A stretch of DNA of 64,000 nucleotides from Candidatus Collierbacteria bacterium RIFOXYD2_FULL_45_13 (GTDB lineage: Bacteria; Patescibacteriota; Microgenomatia; UBA1400; MFAQ01), in the NCBI GenBank assembly GCA_001774685.1, contig MFAS01000001.1, positions 897,252-961,251 on the forward strand. The letters are read 5' to 3'. The notes beneath the pieces are model-generated. The model did no database searches, was not told the origin of the DNA, and saw only the letters and a list, made by a program, of their open reading frames with translations. The translations under genes were made by a program, and so were the position numbers. This document shows positions 9,753 through 20,247 of this stretch, piece by piece (the first letter of the stretch is position 1; each line of letters begins with the position of its first letter).

Positions 9753-10163
9753 ATGGATATGTGTCTTAATTGCGGACAAAATTTAAACAGACATCAATTT
9801 AAATATTGTTCAAACTTGTGTCAATCCAAAAAAAGACAGTTAGAGTACATCGAAAAATGGCAAAAAGGTAATGCTGATGGCTCAAGTGGTCTAGCCACAA
9901 AAAATATTTCAAGGTATTTAAAGCATTATTTGGAAGAAAAGTCTGGTAATAAATGTAGCTTGTGTGGCTGGAAGGAGAAAAATGTCAAAACCGGTAAGGT
10001 TCCACTTGAAATTGACCACATCAACGGAATAGCAGAGGATAATCGCGAGGAAAACCTCAGAATAATCTGCCCCAATTGCCATTCCCTAAGCCCAAATTTT
10101 AGAAACTTAAACAAAGGTCGAGGCAGGTCCTGGCGAACAAAAAAATATCTTAAAAATAAGTAG
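9753..10163 (+). CDS. HNH endonuclease adjacent to tRNA
   Basis: CSLCG...LEIDHING...N.EENLRIICPNCHS. Confidence 0.88.
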   Translation: MDMCLNCGQNLNRHQFKYCSNLCQSKKRQLEYIEKWQKGNADGSSGLATKNISRYLKHYLEEKSGNKCSLCGWKEKNVKTGKVPLEIDHINGIAEDNREENLRIICPNCHSLSPNFRNLNKGRGRSWRTKKYLKNK

Positions 10164-10336
10164 CGACCAAAACCACCCTCTAACTACTATATATGTCCAA
10201 AGAAATTGATCCTAGACAAGCCATTTATTCTGCTCAAACAATTGTTCAGGAGATGCGGGGCTTTTTCATATAAAATATACCCTGACTTCCCCACTGTATA
10301 ATCCATAACATACACTTTGAAATAAGGAGATTGCCT

Positions 10337-10570
10337 GTGAGTATCACCACCTTACTTCCTGTCGTCTTGTACGTTCTGATCGCCATCGAAATCACCATCA
10401 CTCTATTCACTGACGCACTCAAGAGCAAACCACTCACCTCTATTGTTTTGATCATTGGAATAGCTATCAGTAGCCTACTTTTTGCCTTAAACAGCCCATT
10501 CGTTGCCATCTGTTGGCTGTCTCTCCCCACCATAGCCACATACAACCTACTCAAACTGTACCGTAAGTGA
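10337..10570 (+). CDS. small membrane protein
   Basis: TATAAT promoter, AAGGAG SD, 3 TM segments, terminator. Confidence 0.65.
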   Translation: MSITTLLPVVLYVLIAIEITITLFTDALKSKPLTSIVLIIGIAISSLLFALNSPFVAICWLSLPTIATYNLLKLYRK

Positions 10571-10608
10571 TCCTCCACCCGCCCTAAGGTGGGTTTTTTT
10601 ATTAATAT

Positions 10609-11328
10609 TTACTTAAAATCCGCGCCGACCATAATCATCAAATCCGCCTTCGGATAAGTTTCTGCAGACTGTGTGGCGACTTCACCGCCTACCAGCTGAG
10701 CCATCTCAGCCGCCTGTTTACCCAACTTCCCAGTCAAATCCACAACTAGCGTTTTTTCATAAGCATCGGACTTCGCCGTCGCCTTGGAAACTATCGAGAC
10801 ACCGGGAATGTTCTTCTCTACAATTCTTTTCTCCAACTCATTAGTTATACCCGAGTTTTTTGAACCATTTACCAGTGCTATTTTCAAGGGATTTCTTTCA
10901 TCTACTCCACTTATAGATATCTGTTGATTCCCGATATTCACCGGAACAACATCTACCAAAAGGTTTGTCGACGGCCGATAAATGTAAGCCTTTTGCGCCT
11001 TCGAATATATCAGGATCTTGTCACCATTCTCGGCCCTAGCAAATACGGGTTGGTCTTTCAGCTTTTCTTTGTCCGTCACCGTCGCCACCACCGGCTCTTC
11101 ATCAGCAGGTAAAACTACTAATTTTGCAAGTTTCTCTGTCAGCATCTTTATTTCCTCCCTAGCTACGCTGTTCGGATCTTTCTTCAAAGTTTCAATCTCT
11201 ATACCCAATCTTTTATTCTGCTTTGATAGCCGAAAGGAGTTTAGTGTTAGCCCTCCAATTACTACGACTACTCCAATTGCTAAAAGCTGAGCTTTTGACA
11301 GTTTGATCATTTGTACTAAATTTAACAA
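10609..11328 (-). CDS. membrane-anchored LytR C-terminal domain protein
   Basis: N-terminal TM segment; P..ATVTD..KL..QP.F..A.NGD domain; IALVNGS...ADLMIMVGAD LytR_C signature. Confidence 0.8.
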   Translation of the reverse strand: MLNLVQMIKLSKAQLLAIGVVVVIGGLTLNSFRLSKQNKRLGIEIETLKKDPNSVAREEIKMLTEKLAKLVVLPADEEPVVATVTDKEKLKDQPVFARAENGDKILIYSKAQKAYIYRPSTNLLVDVVPVNIGNQQISISGVDERNPLKIALVNGSKNSGITNELEKRIVEKNIPGVSIVSKATAKSDAYEKTLVVDLTGKLGKQAAEMAQLVGGEVATQSAETYPKADLMIMVGADFK

Positions 11329-11353
11329 ATAATTAATAAATTTACAAGTTTTT

Positions 11354-14300
11354 TCACAATTGAGCGCTTGATGAAGCCATTGGTGTAACCTCCGGCGTTA
11401 TTTCCACAGTCGGTGTCGGTGTAGGCGTCGTCGTGATTATCAATGCTGGGGTAGTAGTCGGGGTGACCTCCGGCGTTATTTCCACAGTTGGTGTAGGAAC
11501 GGGAGTCGCCTGAGAAGACGGCCCTTGAGTGCTCACGGCACCTTGCGACTCTATTGACTTGGCATCTTTAACGGCTATGGCTATCCAGGCGAATCTAAGG
11601 TCCATACCTGCTACTTTGTTCATTCGGATCTTGAATCCTTTAGTGTTCACATCAGCGACTGCATGGGTCGGCAGATTATTCATATCCACGGCTCCGACAA
11701 TCTGTAGAGTCACATTTACCACCGGCTCGTTTGCATATTCTTTCTCAAACTTTACTTCCACTTCATTACTGTCTCCTTTGATGATGGCAAACCCGGCCGT
11801 GTCTTTGTTAAAGGTTGGTCTACCGACAAAGAAAACATCGCCGTGGAAAATTACTTTGTCAAAGAACTCGGCCACATTTCTGAACAGGTTGTTGACAATA
11901 TCGGACATGGATAAAGATTTATTCTCTGCGCTCGGTGTTGCCGTGGCACTTGAAGTCGCAATACCCGCCACCTTGTCAGAAAGCGTCGTAATACTATCCG
12001 CCATTAGTTTGAAGCCCTTGATCTCATTAGCTTCTATCTTGTCGGCCTTGATTGTTCCCATAAAGATAGCGTTTCCGTCGGAGGTGATCTTTACATTCTC
12101 ATTCCCCTCTTTGTCCTGCATCACAAACATGCCGGTAGCCAATATATCTTGTGTGATTACTTTAGGAGTAATCACTTCCAGTCCCGCTACCACTCTATCG
12201 GTCATGATTTCCGAAATATTGGCCGAAGTTGAAGCAATCTGTTCTTTTTCCAGCACCAAGTTGTTTAGCACTTGAGATTTGTAGTCACCGCTAGTTTCAT
12301 CCAGTCCTTTCATGACACTAGCCAATTTACTGCCGCTACTCTCACCGTTTTTGACAAAGGCTAGCACCAAACCCACACCCTGTCCGTTAAAGTCCGACAT
12401 CGCATTACCGATAATCGCTCCCGCTTTGGTCGCTTTCATAGCGATACCAGGTACTGATGAGGTAGTCAGCAAATCCCCCGCCTTGATGGCACCGTTTTCC
12501 GTATTTACCTTCACCGGAACTCTACCCGACAAAGCCACCGGTACAGCTGAGGCACCTTCACCATCTGTTCCACCAATTGTTAATGCTGGTGCGGTTGAAA
12601 CAATTCCCAGTACTGAAGGATCGTATCTTCCCTCAGATTTCTTCACTCCGGCTCTCAGGGATGAATCCAGACTCACCACATCTCCCATTGCGATAGACTT
12701 ATCATTGGTAGAATATATCTCCGCCAAGTCGGCCGTGCTATTTGTCACTTCAATCAAAGTAATGGTCGCGTCTGTCTTTGTTGGGATACTACCCAAAGTA
12801 GAATTGACACTTGAACAAAGCGTGTATCGGACATTGCTGGTCGATGCCGGTGAGTCTAGAAATGCCAAGGTAGCTGTCCCTTCTGCACCCGCACTCGAAA
12901 AGAATTTCCCAAATGAACCATCCACCTGATTTGATGGTGGATTTACACACGTTGGTGTAGCTCCGATACCTCTTCGAATAGTTCCTACGGCATCGGTATC
13001 GCCCGCACCCCCGGCCGCTATTACCACCTCAACCATTACCAATACAGAGTTTGACGCCGAAGTTGGGGTAATATTGGCTCTGGTAGTCGGTGTTGTAAAG
13101 AACTCAGTCACATTATCATCGCTCCATGCCACATCCGCCGGATCATTGAAACTTCTGGTTTGCAGCACATTCTCATTGGCACAGCTAAATAAATTGGTCG
13201 AAGAGTTCCATTGTAGTTTTTGATTGGTTCCGGTACAGCTTGTTAGTCCACTGCCCTGGGTTGTCGTAAAGTTTGCTTGTCCAGCCGCACTTATTGACCA
13301 ATCGTTGCCTCCAGTCATAGCCAGAGTTGTCGCCGCATTACTGTTTCCAATCGAGACTACATCTGCTGCTGTACCATTGGTAGCTATATTGATAGTGTCT
13401 GTTCCTGAATTGGTCACTCCTCCAATGTCTATTGTCTTGGTGTTGGCATTGTCTCCAAAGTTTATCCCTCCGGTACCTGTATCAAAGTTCAAAGCGGTTG
13501 CTCCAGTGGTATTTCCAAAAGTTATGGTCTTTGCGTTTGCCCCTGTCCCAATACTTATTCCCCCGGTTGTACCCGAATCAATAGTTAAAGCGCGAGCAGC
13601 CGTAGAAGTGATGTCTGTCCCGATAGTTCCGTTAAACATTATCCCATTGGTCACTGTTCCGGCTGTTCTCGTGATATTCAAACCACTTGTCATTGTCCCT
13701 GCCCCAGTTTGCTCGATCAATAATCCATTGGTTAATGTCCCGCTCGCGATAGAATTAAATATTCTTTGAGAGGAAACTCCGGCGGTATCTTGATTTTCCA
13801 AAGTAAATGATGTGGGAGTTGTCACCTCTCCTAGCGTGAACTCAATATTCCGAGCATCAGTTGTGGTAAGCGTATTACCGTTATCGTATGCGACCTGCAA
13901 TGTCGCTGTTCCTCCACCGGTTTGATCAGACGCACAAGCCCATCCACCAGCATCAGTCCATTTCAAAAGTTCTCCGTCAGCGCATCCTTTTAATAAAGTC
14001 AGTCCTGATAAGGAAACTTCTAGACCAGAATCTGACGATGCCAATCCGGTTGTGCCGGATGTCGTTAGATTTATACCCAAAGCATTTGAAGAATTTGTTA
14101 ATCCGTTGCCTGTTAAGTCGGTAAACAAATCACTTCTAAGTTTTAGGGTAGATGAGAAAGTTGCATCTCGACTGATCAAACCTTGGAATCCTCCAACTCT
14201 AGTAACTACGTCTGATTGTTGATCTAAAATATCGGTCGAACCGGCCACAGAAAAGGCAGGGAACGCAAGTAAGACATCGGGATCATACCAGCCGGGTACT

Positions 14301-17300
14301 ACCTGCACCGCAATTCTGGTCACACCGGCAGTACTTTTTGCTGCCAATGCTTTTCCAATAGTCGGTCCAGCTTTGGTCTGCTTCATGCCAACTCCAGCTA
14401 CCGAGCTAGGAGCGATCGGATCACCAATGGCGATTTCACCATTTGTTATATCCACTTTTGTATTAACCCTACCAAGCATACCCACAATCTCTTTACCGGC
14501 GTTGCCGTCAGTCCCAAAAGAGTCATTACCCACAAAAGCTGCTGTGTCCGAAACCACTCCCAAGATAAGGTCACCCGTCACCGCTTTTTGATTTCCTGAA
14601 GTTTTTGAAGCAATAATATCTCCGGCCGCATACGATCCTGTTATTACTTCCGTCCACTCGGCCAAATCAGCACCTCCTGAGGTAAACTGAACACCGGCGT
14701 TATTTAGTACAATTCTACCTACCCCTTCACCAATAGTACTTGCTGTTGCAGATCTATAAAACTGCATAAATCTAGTAAGGTTCCCAGTCATCGTCCCGGT
14801 ACTTAGAGTCATCACAGAATTTGCAACAGAACTAGTCTGATTTAAGTTTGTCACACTCGCACTAGCCGTTGCTGCTTGGTTATCGACTACCGTAAATTTA
14901 CGTCCGGGAGTCGTCGTTCCAATTCCCACTTTGTTATTCGTCGCATCTACAAACATCGTATTAGAATCAAAATTAATTCCACCTGTCCCCGCGTTTATAT
15001 TCACAGTTCCTGTCGAGGCGGTCGAGCCAATCGTAAGGGTCTTTGCCCCTGTTCCACCGGTGCCGAAGTTTAGAGCTTGTACCCCTGTTCCGGTACCGAT
15101 ATTGATGGTTCCGGTTGAAGTTCCTCCGGCAATCGAAACATCAAAATTTGAAGAATCGTTTAATGAAACAGTGGCTCCTGTGATGGCCAGACCCGCAGTA
15201 CCCGTTAGTAAACTGGAGAAAGTCTTGGCTCCGGCCAGTGTTTGTGTGCCGGTCGATACTACACCCCCATTTGACCCATCTGCCGGCTGAAGATTCAGTA
15301 CCTGTCCTGTAAGTGTGGCTCCATTGGCGTTCGGTGTAGATCCAATTGCTGCCAAGGTGACATCTCCGGTGTTAGTTCCCGAGCTGGATCCAGTAAAATT
15401 CGATCCGGATAATCCCCCGGCACAACTTAGAGCCCCTGTAGCATTTACAATGGTGCATCCCGTCGAAACCGAACCTCCACCAATTAATATATCTCCCGTA
15501 GAAGTTCCATTGAGGTTTAATACTCCAGATGCTCCTCCGTCAATATTCATGGCGTTAGCTCCCGTAGAGGTTACTGTTCCCGCGCCTGCAAATGTAAGAG
15601 CTGTGGCTGAAACACCGATTGTGTCGATTGAAGAGACTCCGGTTAAGACTCCGGAGTTAATAATCAATCCATTAATCGTATTGGTTGTAGTCGGACCCAC
15701 AAAAGCTCCGGCTGAAGTAATTGTTCCTGTTCCTGATGTAGAAATATTTCCTGAGGTAGTCACAGCATCTCCAGCAGTACTTGGTGACAAAGTAGTTCCC
15801 GTTCTACTCCAGTAGCCAATAGTTCCCGATGTTGGAGCGGTTGAAGTTAGTTGCTTACTGCCGTCTGTATATACTGCCGATGAGGCAGATAAACCGGTGT
15901 CAATAATATCTGTAAGTGTCGCCAATCCTGCAGTAGAAACAGACCAAGTAGCTCCACCCGTTAACGCTAAAGTTGTACCCACCGTACTTGATCCGATTGT
16001 AATTGCTTTCGCGTTCGCATCGTTACCGATTAATATATTACCCGTCCCTGACTGTAAAGTAATTGGCGTGTTAGCCGTCGTATTTCCAAAGGTCAAACCA
16101 CCGGTATTAGTTGTATTTATTATGGTATTGCCTTCAGCTATCACTCTAAAGGGAGCCGCCGTAGAACCTACTTCCGTGGAGGCTTCTAAAATATACTGTA
16201 ACCCGGCTCCGTTTGTTGACGCCGCACTTTCACCAAAACTAAAAGCCGTATTATTTGCAGTCGTTAGTGACCAATTCCAGATTTGCGCATGGTCACCGTT
16301 ACTGATAGTGTTTCCTCCTGTCGCGGCTATGACCGCCGAAAGAGCGGCCCCAGAACCGGCACCGCAGGCAGCATCGGTTTTATTACATAATACTTTCCAC
16401 GCTCCACCTTCATAAATATTAAATTTTCCGGTCGAATCTAGTAGTATTGCCCCATTCGTTCCGGCCGCTAGCGATGTTGTATCTTGATCAATCACTAGTA
16501 TATCGGGAGTTGACGAACCGCCTCCGCCACCACCTATTTGAATAAAGCCTGATGCTGCTCCATTGGTATTAATTGATAGCGTAGAGGCCGTGGAAGTAAT
16601 ATCACCACCATTGATGGCGATATCTCCAGAAAGGGTTAAACCTGTAAATGCACCCGAATTAGGTGTTGTTGAGCCGATTGTTCCTGGTATTGCCCAAGTC
16701 CCACCAAGTAGTGTAGACGAGTTCAAGACTCCGCTTCCGGAGAAAGTTAATGTTGCCCCCGTTCCCACAGTCATGGTTGCCGACGTATTAGTTCCGCTTG
16801 TTAGAGTGTCGAACGAAGACGCTCCACCGGTTCCGGAAGTACCATCTGCCCCAGCAGGGCCCTGCGCTCCCGCTATTCCCTGATCTCCCTTGTCCCCCTT
16901 GTCTCCCTTATCCCCCTTCGGTCCACCTGCTGGCCCAGGAGGACCGGGCGGGCCAGGGACGACAGTTATGCCTGTGGAGGGGAATCCGGGGCCGGACTGA
17001 GTCAAAATCGTGAGCGAGCCATCGCCGACGTCTTGTTTTACCTGAAAGAATGAGGCAACCATTCCCAAATTGAGTGGCACCACCGCCGGTAACGGGGAAA
17101 CATTATCTGTTGTCACGGCTAACACACGACTGTCCGGTTTTCTGTCGATAGACTCCGCCAATTTCAATATCTCTTTCGCTATCATGGCCTGAGTGGCGTC
17201 AGGTTCACGTATGGCGTTCTCCACCCTGACCGAAGTTAGTTTTCCCCGGGTATCAAAATTACCCAGTATCCTTTTATTAGTCGTCAAAGTTTGCAGTTCA

Positions 17301-17806
17301 AAATCCCCCGCCAGTTTTCCTCTTACAATTTTGCCGGTTACCAACTTCACCGGCAATAAAGTATTGTCCGGAAGTGTAATGGTGGTCGCCCCTCTTTCGA
17401 CAAGCTGGGCACTTTCCTTACCACCCTTCTTGGAAATAAAAATGTCTACTTTACTATCAGCTTCCGTAATTAGTCCGGAATCGCCATTTTGATAGGTGAG
17501 TTCCACCTCATTGGGAAATCTTTCATTGGAGACAACCGCGTTTTCAATTCTGGCAAAAGAGAACGAGCCATTCGTCCTCAGTACCGTCATCAAATACGGT
17601 TTGTCAAAAGTGCTCTTCTGTAACACTTCAGGCGTTACATCGTTGATTTCTTCTGTGCCAACCACTTCCTTGGAGACCGGATAAATATAGTTAAACTTGC
17701 TGGCGACCACTGCAAAAGAGACACCGGTGATCACCAAAAAAGTTATCAAAACTCCTTTGATGGTTCGATTGTATTTATTTCCGGTGACTGGTAATACTTG
17801 CTCCAT
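11354..17806 (-). CDS. giant (2150 aa) surface fibre/adhesin-like protein
   Basis: N-terminal TM segment, collagen GXY run, G/T/S-rich beta repeats, two ADLAE...GRV.VKV..NG.I..GD domains, Thr/Pro tail. Confidence 0.85.
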   Translation of the reverse strand: MEQVLPVTGNKYNRTIKGVLITFLVITGVSFAVVASKFNYIYPVSKEVVGTEEINDVTPEVLQKSTFDKPYLMTVLRTNGSFSFARIENAVVSNERFPNEVELTYQNGDSGLITEADSKVDIFISKKGGKESAQLVERGATTITLPDNTLLPVKLVTGKIVRGKLAGDFELQTLTTNKRILGNFDTRGKLTSVRVENAIREPDATQAMIAKEILKLAESIDRKPDSRVLAVTTDNVSPLPAVVPLNLGMVASFFQVKQDVGDGSLTILTQSGPGFPSTGITVVPGPPGPPGPAGGPKGDKGDKGDKGDQGIAGAQGPAGADGTSGTGGASSFDTLTSGTNTSATMTVGTGATLTFSGSGVLNSSTLLGGTWAIPGTIGSTTPNSGAFTGLTLSGDIAINGGDITSTASTLSINTNGAASGFIQIGGGGGGSSTPDILVIDQDTTSLAAGTNGAILLDSTGKFNIYEGGAWKVLCNKTDAACGAGSGAALSAVIAATGGNTISNGDHAQIWNWSLTTANNTAFSFGESAASTNGAGLQYILEASTEVGSTAAPFRVIAEGNTIINTTNTGGLTFGNTTANTPITLQSGTGNILIGNDANAKAITIGSSTVGTTLALTGGATWSVSTAGLATLTDIIDTGLSASSAVYTDGSKQLTSTAPTSGTIGYWSRTGTTLSPSTAGDAVTTSGNISTSGTGTITSAGAFVGPTTTNTINGLIINSGVLTGVSSIDTIGVSATALTFAGAGTVTSTGANAMNIDGGASGVLNLNGTSTGDILIGGGSVSTGCTIVNATGALSCAGGLSGSNFTGSSSGTNTGDVTLAAIGSTPNANGATLTGQVLNLQPADGSNGGVVSTGTQTLAGAKTFSSLLTGTAGLAITGATVSLNDSSNFDVSIAGGTSTGTINIGTGTGVQALNFGTGGTGAKTLTIGSTASTGTVNINAGTGGINFDSNTMFVDATNNKVGIGTTTPGRKFTVVDNQAATASASVTNLNQTSSVANSVMTLSTGTMTGNLTRFMQFYRSATASTIGEGVGRIVLNNAGVQFTSGGADLAEWTEVITGSYAAGDIIASKTSGNQKAVTGDLILGVVSDTAAFVGNDSFGTDGNAGKEIVGMLGRVNTKVDITNGEIAIGDPIAPSSVAGVGMKQTKAGPTIGKALAAKSTAGVTRIAVQVVPGWYDPDVLLAFPAFSVAGSTDILDQQSDVVTRVGGFQGLISRDATFSSTLKLRSDLFTDLTGNGLTNSSNALGINLTTSGTTGLASSDSGLEVSLSGLTLLKGCADGELLKWTDAGGWACASDQTGGGTATLQVAYDNGNTLTTTDARNIEFTLGEVTTPTSFTLENQDTAGVSSQRIFNSIASGTLTNGLLIEQTGAGTMTSGLNITRTAGTVTNGIMFNGTIGTDITSTAARALTIDSGTTGGISIGTGANAKTITFGNTTGATALNFDTGTGGINFGDNANTKTIDIGGVTNSGTDTINIATNGTAADVVSIGNSNAATTLAMTGGNDWSISAAGQANFTTTQGSGLTSCTGTNQKLQWNSSTNLFSCANENVLQTRSFNDPADVAWSDDNVTEFFTTPTTRANITPTSASNSVLVMVEVVIAAGGAGDTDAVGTIRRGIGATPTCVNPPSNQVDGSFGKFFSSAGAEGTATLAFLDSPASTSNVRYTLCSSVNSTLGSIPTKTDATITLIEVTNSTADLAEIYSTNDKSIAMGDVVSLDSSLRAGVKKSEGRYDPSVLGIVSTAPALTIGGTDGEGASAVPVALSGRVPVKVNTENGAIKAGDLLTTSSVPGIAMKATKAGAIIGNAMSDFNGQGVGLVLAFVKNGESSGSKLASVMKGLDETSGDYKSQVLNNLVLEKEQIASTSANISEIMTDRVVAGLEVITPKVITQDILATGMFVMQDKEGNENVKITSDGNAIFMGTIKADKIEANEIKGFKLMADSITTLSDKVAGIATSSATATPSAENKSLSMSDIVNNLFRNVAEFFDKVIFHGDVFFVGRPTFNKDTAGFAIIKGDSNEVEVKFEKEYANEPVVNVTLQIVGAVDMNNLPTHAVADVNTKGFKIRMNKVAGMDLRFAWIAIAVKDAKSIESQGAVSTQGPSSQATPVPTPTVEITPEVTPTTTPALIITTTPTPTPTVEITPEVTPMASSSAQL

Positions 17807-17823
17807 TTAGATTATTGGCTTGA

Positions 17824-19788
17824 TTACTCCATTCTTTTTTTTGAAAATACAAATGAAAAAGACACGGTTAACACTGCCACCGAGAGTAAAAACAAAACAA
17901 TCATCAGACCGGACCGGCTAACATCCAAAATAGAAAAAATCGGTTGAGAAACTACTACTGTCCAGTTCAGATCTTTTGCCTTACCCGAACTAAACAAAGA
18001 ATATTTTCCGGCCGAGTCATACCCGATTTCCGCTCCCGTCGTTCTCGACCATAACAAATTCGTAGTATCGGACTCAGCCACCCTTTCTCCCACTACTCCT
18101 GTTTGGGGTACAAAGAGCCACCGGCCTCCGCCATCAATGAGTGTCACTTTTTGATCCAAAGAGCTCGTGGCGATTTCTTCCAACCGGTCGCCCATGGCGT
18201 TGAGGTTCACTGTAGCCACCATGGCTCCAATCACCAAGCCTTTTTCTGTAATTGGGGTCCCAATAATAATCGCCGTGTTGGAGACTCCTGCCAAGGGCTC
18301 AACCGTCCGGGAAAAATACTTATTTTCCGCACTCACCGATCGGAAAAATATTTCACTCATATAGTATCTGCCAACCACATCGGAGGAAAATGGATATGAA
18401 GAGATTGCCTTTCCGCTATTGTCCAGCACCAAAACTATTCCCAAGTCCGCGTTGCTTTTGAATATTGCCTTGGTAAAACTATCCATCCCGGCCGTGTCGC
18501 CTGCCTTAAAGGCCTTTTGAAAGAGAGGATTCTGAGCTATACCATCCAGGGCCGAAAAACCGGAATTGACCACGTTCTCGGCTGTCAATCTCCCAAAATC
18601 TGCTTTCTCGGCGAGATTCCGATTGGCGTCCTGCAAAAGAATCGACTGAACAATAGCGATTAAGATAATCACGAGCGAGAAAAACATCAAGACTGTACCA
18701 AACATCCTGAATACCATAGGCCGATCGGTCTGAAACTTCAATTTGAACAGTTCCCAAATCGGCTCTATCAGTCCGATCATCCCGGCAATCAAAATAAAAA
18801 ACGCTCTGTCCCAATAGTTGTTATTAGCGAAATACAGAGCCAAAAAGATCAGCAGTATCCCACAAAACGCCGAAAAGGTTTTGAGTACTTTCTTTTCCCA
18901 AAAAAAGCCATAAAGCGTAATCATAATTAAAGAAACTACCACCATCGTCCAGATCCACTTAAAACCGTCCAACATCAACAACAGTCCGCCCGAAATCTGT
19001 GAAAGTGACGGGTCTGCCGGGAAAAGCACAAAGATCAAGGCAGTACTGATGAGCAGACCTTGAATAAAGAGCATGTAGGCGGTCGAAGACTTAACCGCAA
19101 AGGCGGCCTCGATCAAAATCGTCACTGCAAAAAGCCCATAGATCATAAAACCGTCAATATCGCTCCCCTGAAGCAATATCCACGACAAACCAAGGTAAGT
19201 GACAAAGAGAACCACCCTGAAATAATTCGAGAGATTCCGATAACGAACGAACTCCTCTTGAATCATGTCCGCTATGATGAGACCCAGACCGGACAGCATC
19301 AGTGAAATTCTGATGGGTGTAAACCAGATAGAAAACCGACCAACGGTCAACGCATCCACTTGTTTGGTGTGCAGGTACATGGAAGCACCCAAAATAATCG
19401 AGCTCAAACTGATGAACCAATCAAACAATTTGGGAATAGTTACCCGCTCCTCAAACCATAATTTGATTACCGTCAGCGGTTTTTCACCCCCCAGCTCCTC
19501 CAGACTCTTTCCTGGTCGCGGTAAGGGCAAGATGACCGGGCCCGGCTCTGTCGGAGCTACTTCTTCTTTGACCTCCGCCACCATTTTCTCTACCATCTTT
19601 TTATCCTCCAACTTTTCTTTGGAGGCACCTGCGCCTAAAAACTTATCTATTTCCGACTGCGGGATTCTAAACTTTCCCTTGCCGATACGGACGGATTTGA
19701 TATCACCGTCCTTCAAAAATGAATAGATGCTGTTCATTGAATAACCCAGCAGCTTCGAGGCTTCTTTGACCGAGTAAGTTTTTTCCAT
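17824..19788 (-). CDS. excisionase/MerR-type HTH + multi-TM + dCache-like sensor (one-component regulator)
   Basis: YSVKEASKLLG...G.I...RIG..FRIP HTH_17; about 10 TM segments; Cache-like domain ending WTVVVSQP before the last TM segment. Confidence 0.8.
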   Translation of the reverse strand: MEKTYSVKEASKLLGYSMNSIYSFLKDGDIKSVRIGKGKFRIPQSEIDKFLGAGASKEKLEDKKMVEKMVAEVKEEVAPTEPGPVILPLPRPGKSLEELGGEKPLTVIKLWFEERVTIPKLFDWFISLSSIILGASMYLHTKQVDALTVGRFSIWFTPIRISLMLSGLGLIIADMIQEEFVRYRNLSNYFRVVLFVTYLGLSWILLQGSDIDGFMIYGLFAVTILIEAAFAVKSSTAYMLFIQGLLISTALIFVLFPADPSLSQISGGLLLMLDGFKWIWTMVVVSLIMITLYGFFWEKKVLKTFSAFCGILLIFLALYFANNNYWDRAFFILIAGMIGLIEPIWELFKLKFQTDRPMVFRMFGTVLMFFSLVIILIAIVQSILLQDANRNLAEKADFGRLTAENVVNSGFSALDGIAQNPLFQKAFKAGDTAGMDSFTKAIFKSNADLGIVLVLDNSGKAISSYPFSSDVVGRYYMSEIFFRSVSAENKYFSRTVEPLAGVSNTAIIIGTPITEKGLVIGAMVATVNLNAMGDRLEEIATSSLDQKVTLIDGGGRWLFVPQTGVVGERVAESDTTNLLWSRTTGAEIGYDSAGKYSLFSSGKAKDLNWTVVVSQPIFSILDVSRSGLMIVLFLLSVAVLTVSFSFVFSKKRME

Positions 19789-19791
19789 TTT

Positions 19792-19827
19792 TTACAATAT
19801 GTAACAATAATTACAAGTATCTACAAT
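19792..19827. promoter_or_regulatory. four phased ACAA(T/G) direct repeats upstream of the HTH-Cache gene
   Basis: ACAA at 19794, 19804, 19813, 19823 (10, 9, 10 bp spacing). Confidence 0.5.
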
Positions 19828-19989
19828 TCACTGTATAGGAAAAACCAACCTATGTCAAACCTCAATCTGTGCGTAATGTTACATTCGTTTAACCAAAACA
19901 GTTTTTGATCTGACCACACACGCCTGCGTCCTCCTTTCGTGGTAAAATATCCTCTGTTATAGATCGTAACCAAAATAAATCAAAAGATT

Positions 19990-20163
19990 ATGGCAAAAAA
20001 AGGTCCCCGACAACACATGGGTTTGAAGTGCAGTAAATGCGGTCACTTCAACTACATCTCCGAGCGAAACAAAACAAACACTCCCGAGAAACTGACCATC
20101 AGTAAATATTGCCGCACTTGCAGAGATCATACCGACCACAAAGAGGCTAGTAAGCTGAAGTAA
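19990..20163 (+). CDS. rpmG: 50S ribosomal protein L33 (Zn-binding form)
   Basis: MAKKGPRQHMGLKCSKCGHFNYISERNKTNTPEKLTISKYCRTCRDHTDHKE; below ORF track cutoff. Confidence 0.95.
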   Translation: MAKKGPRQHMGLKCSKCGHFNYISERNKTNTPEKLTISKYCRTCRDHTDHKEASKLK

Positions 20164-20247
20164 AACCTTTCCAAACCAAAATGAGGCATCCGATGGTTGG
20201 TCGTGATACAATATAGGTTAACTATACTTTGACTTTTGGAGGCCCAA

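Noticed and set aside
11529-17684. Many + strand ORFs of 60-250 aa opposite the giant gene
   Set aside because: Antisense shadows of a biased-codon gene, with no SD and no recognisable motifs.
19867-19895. dif-like site (GTGCGTAATGTTACATTCGTTTAAC)
   Set aside because: The XerD arm matches poorly and there is no skew inversion.
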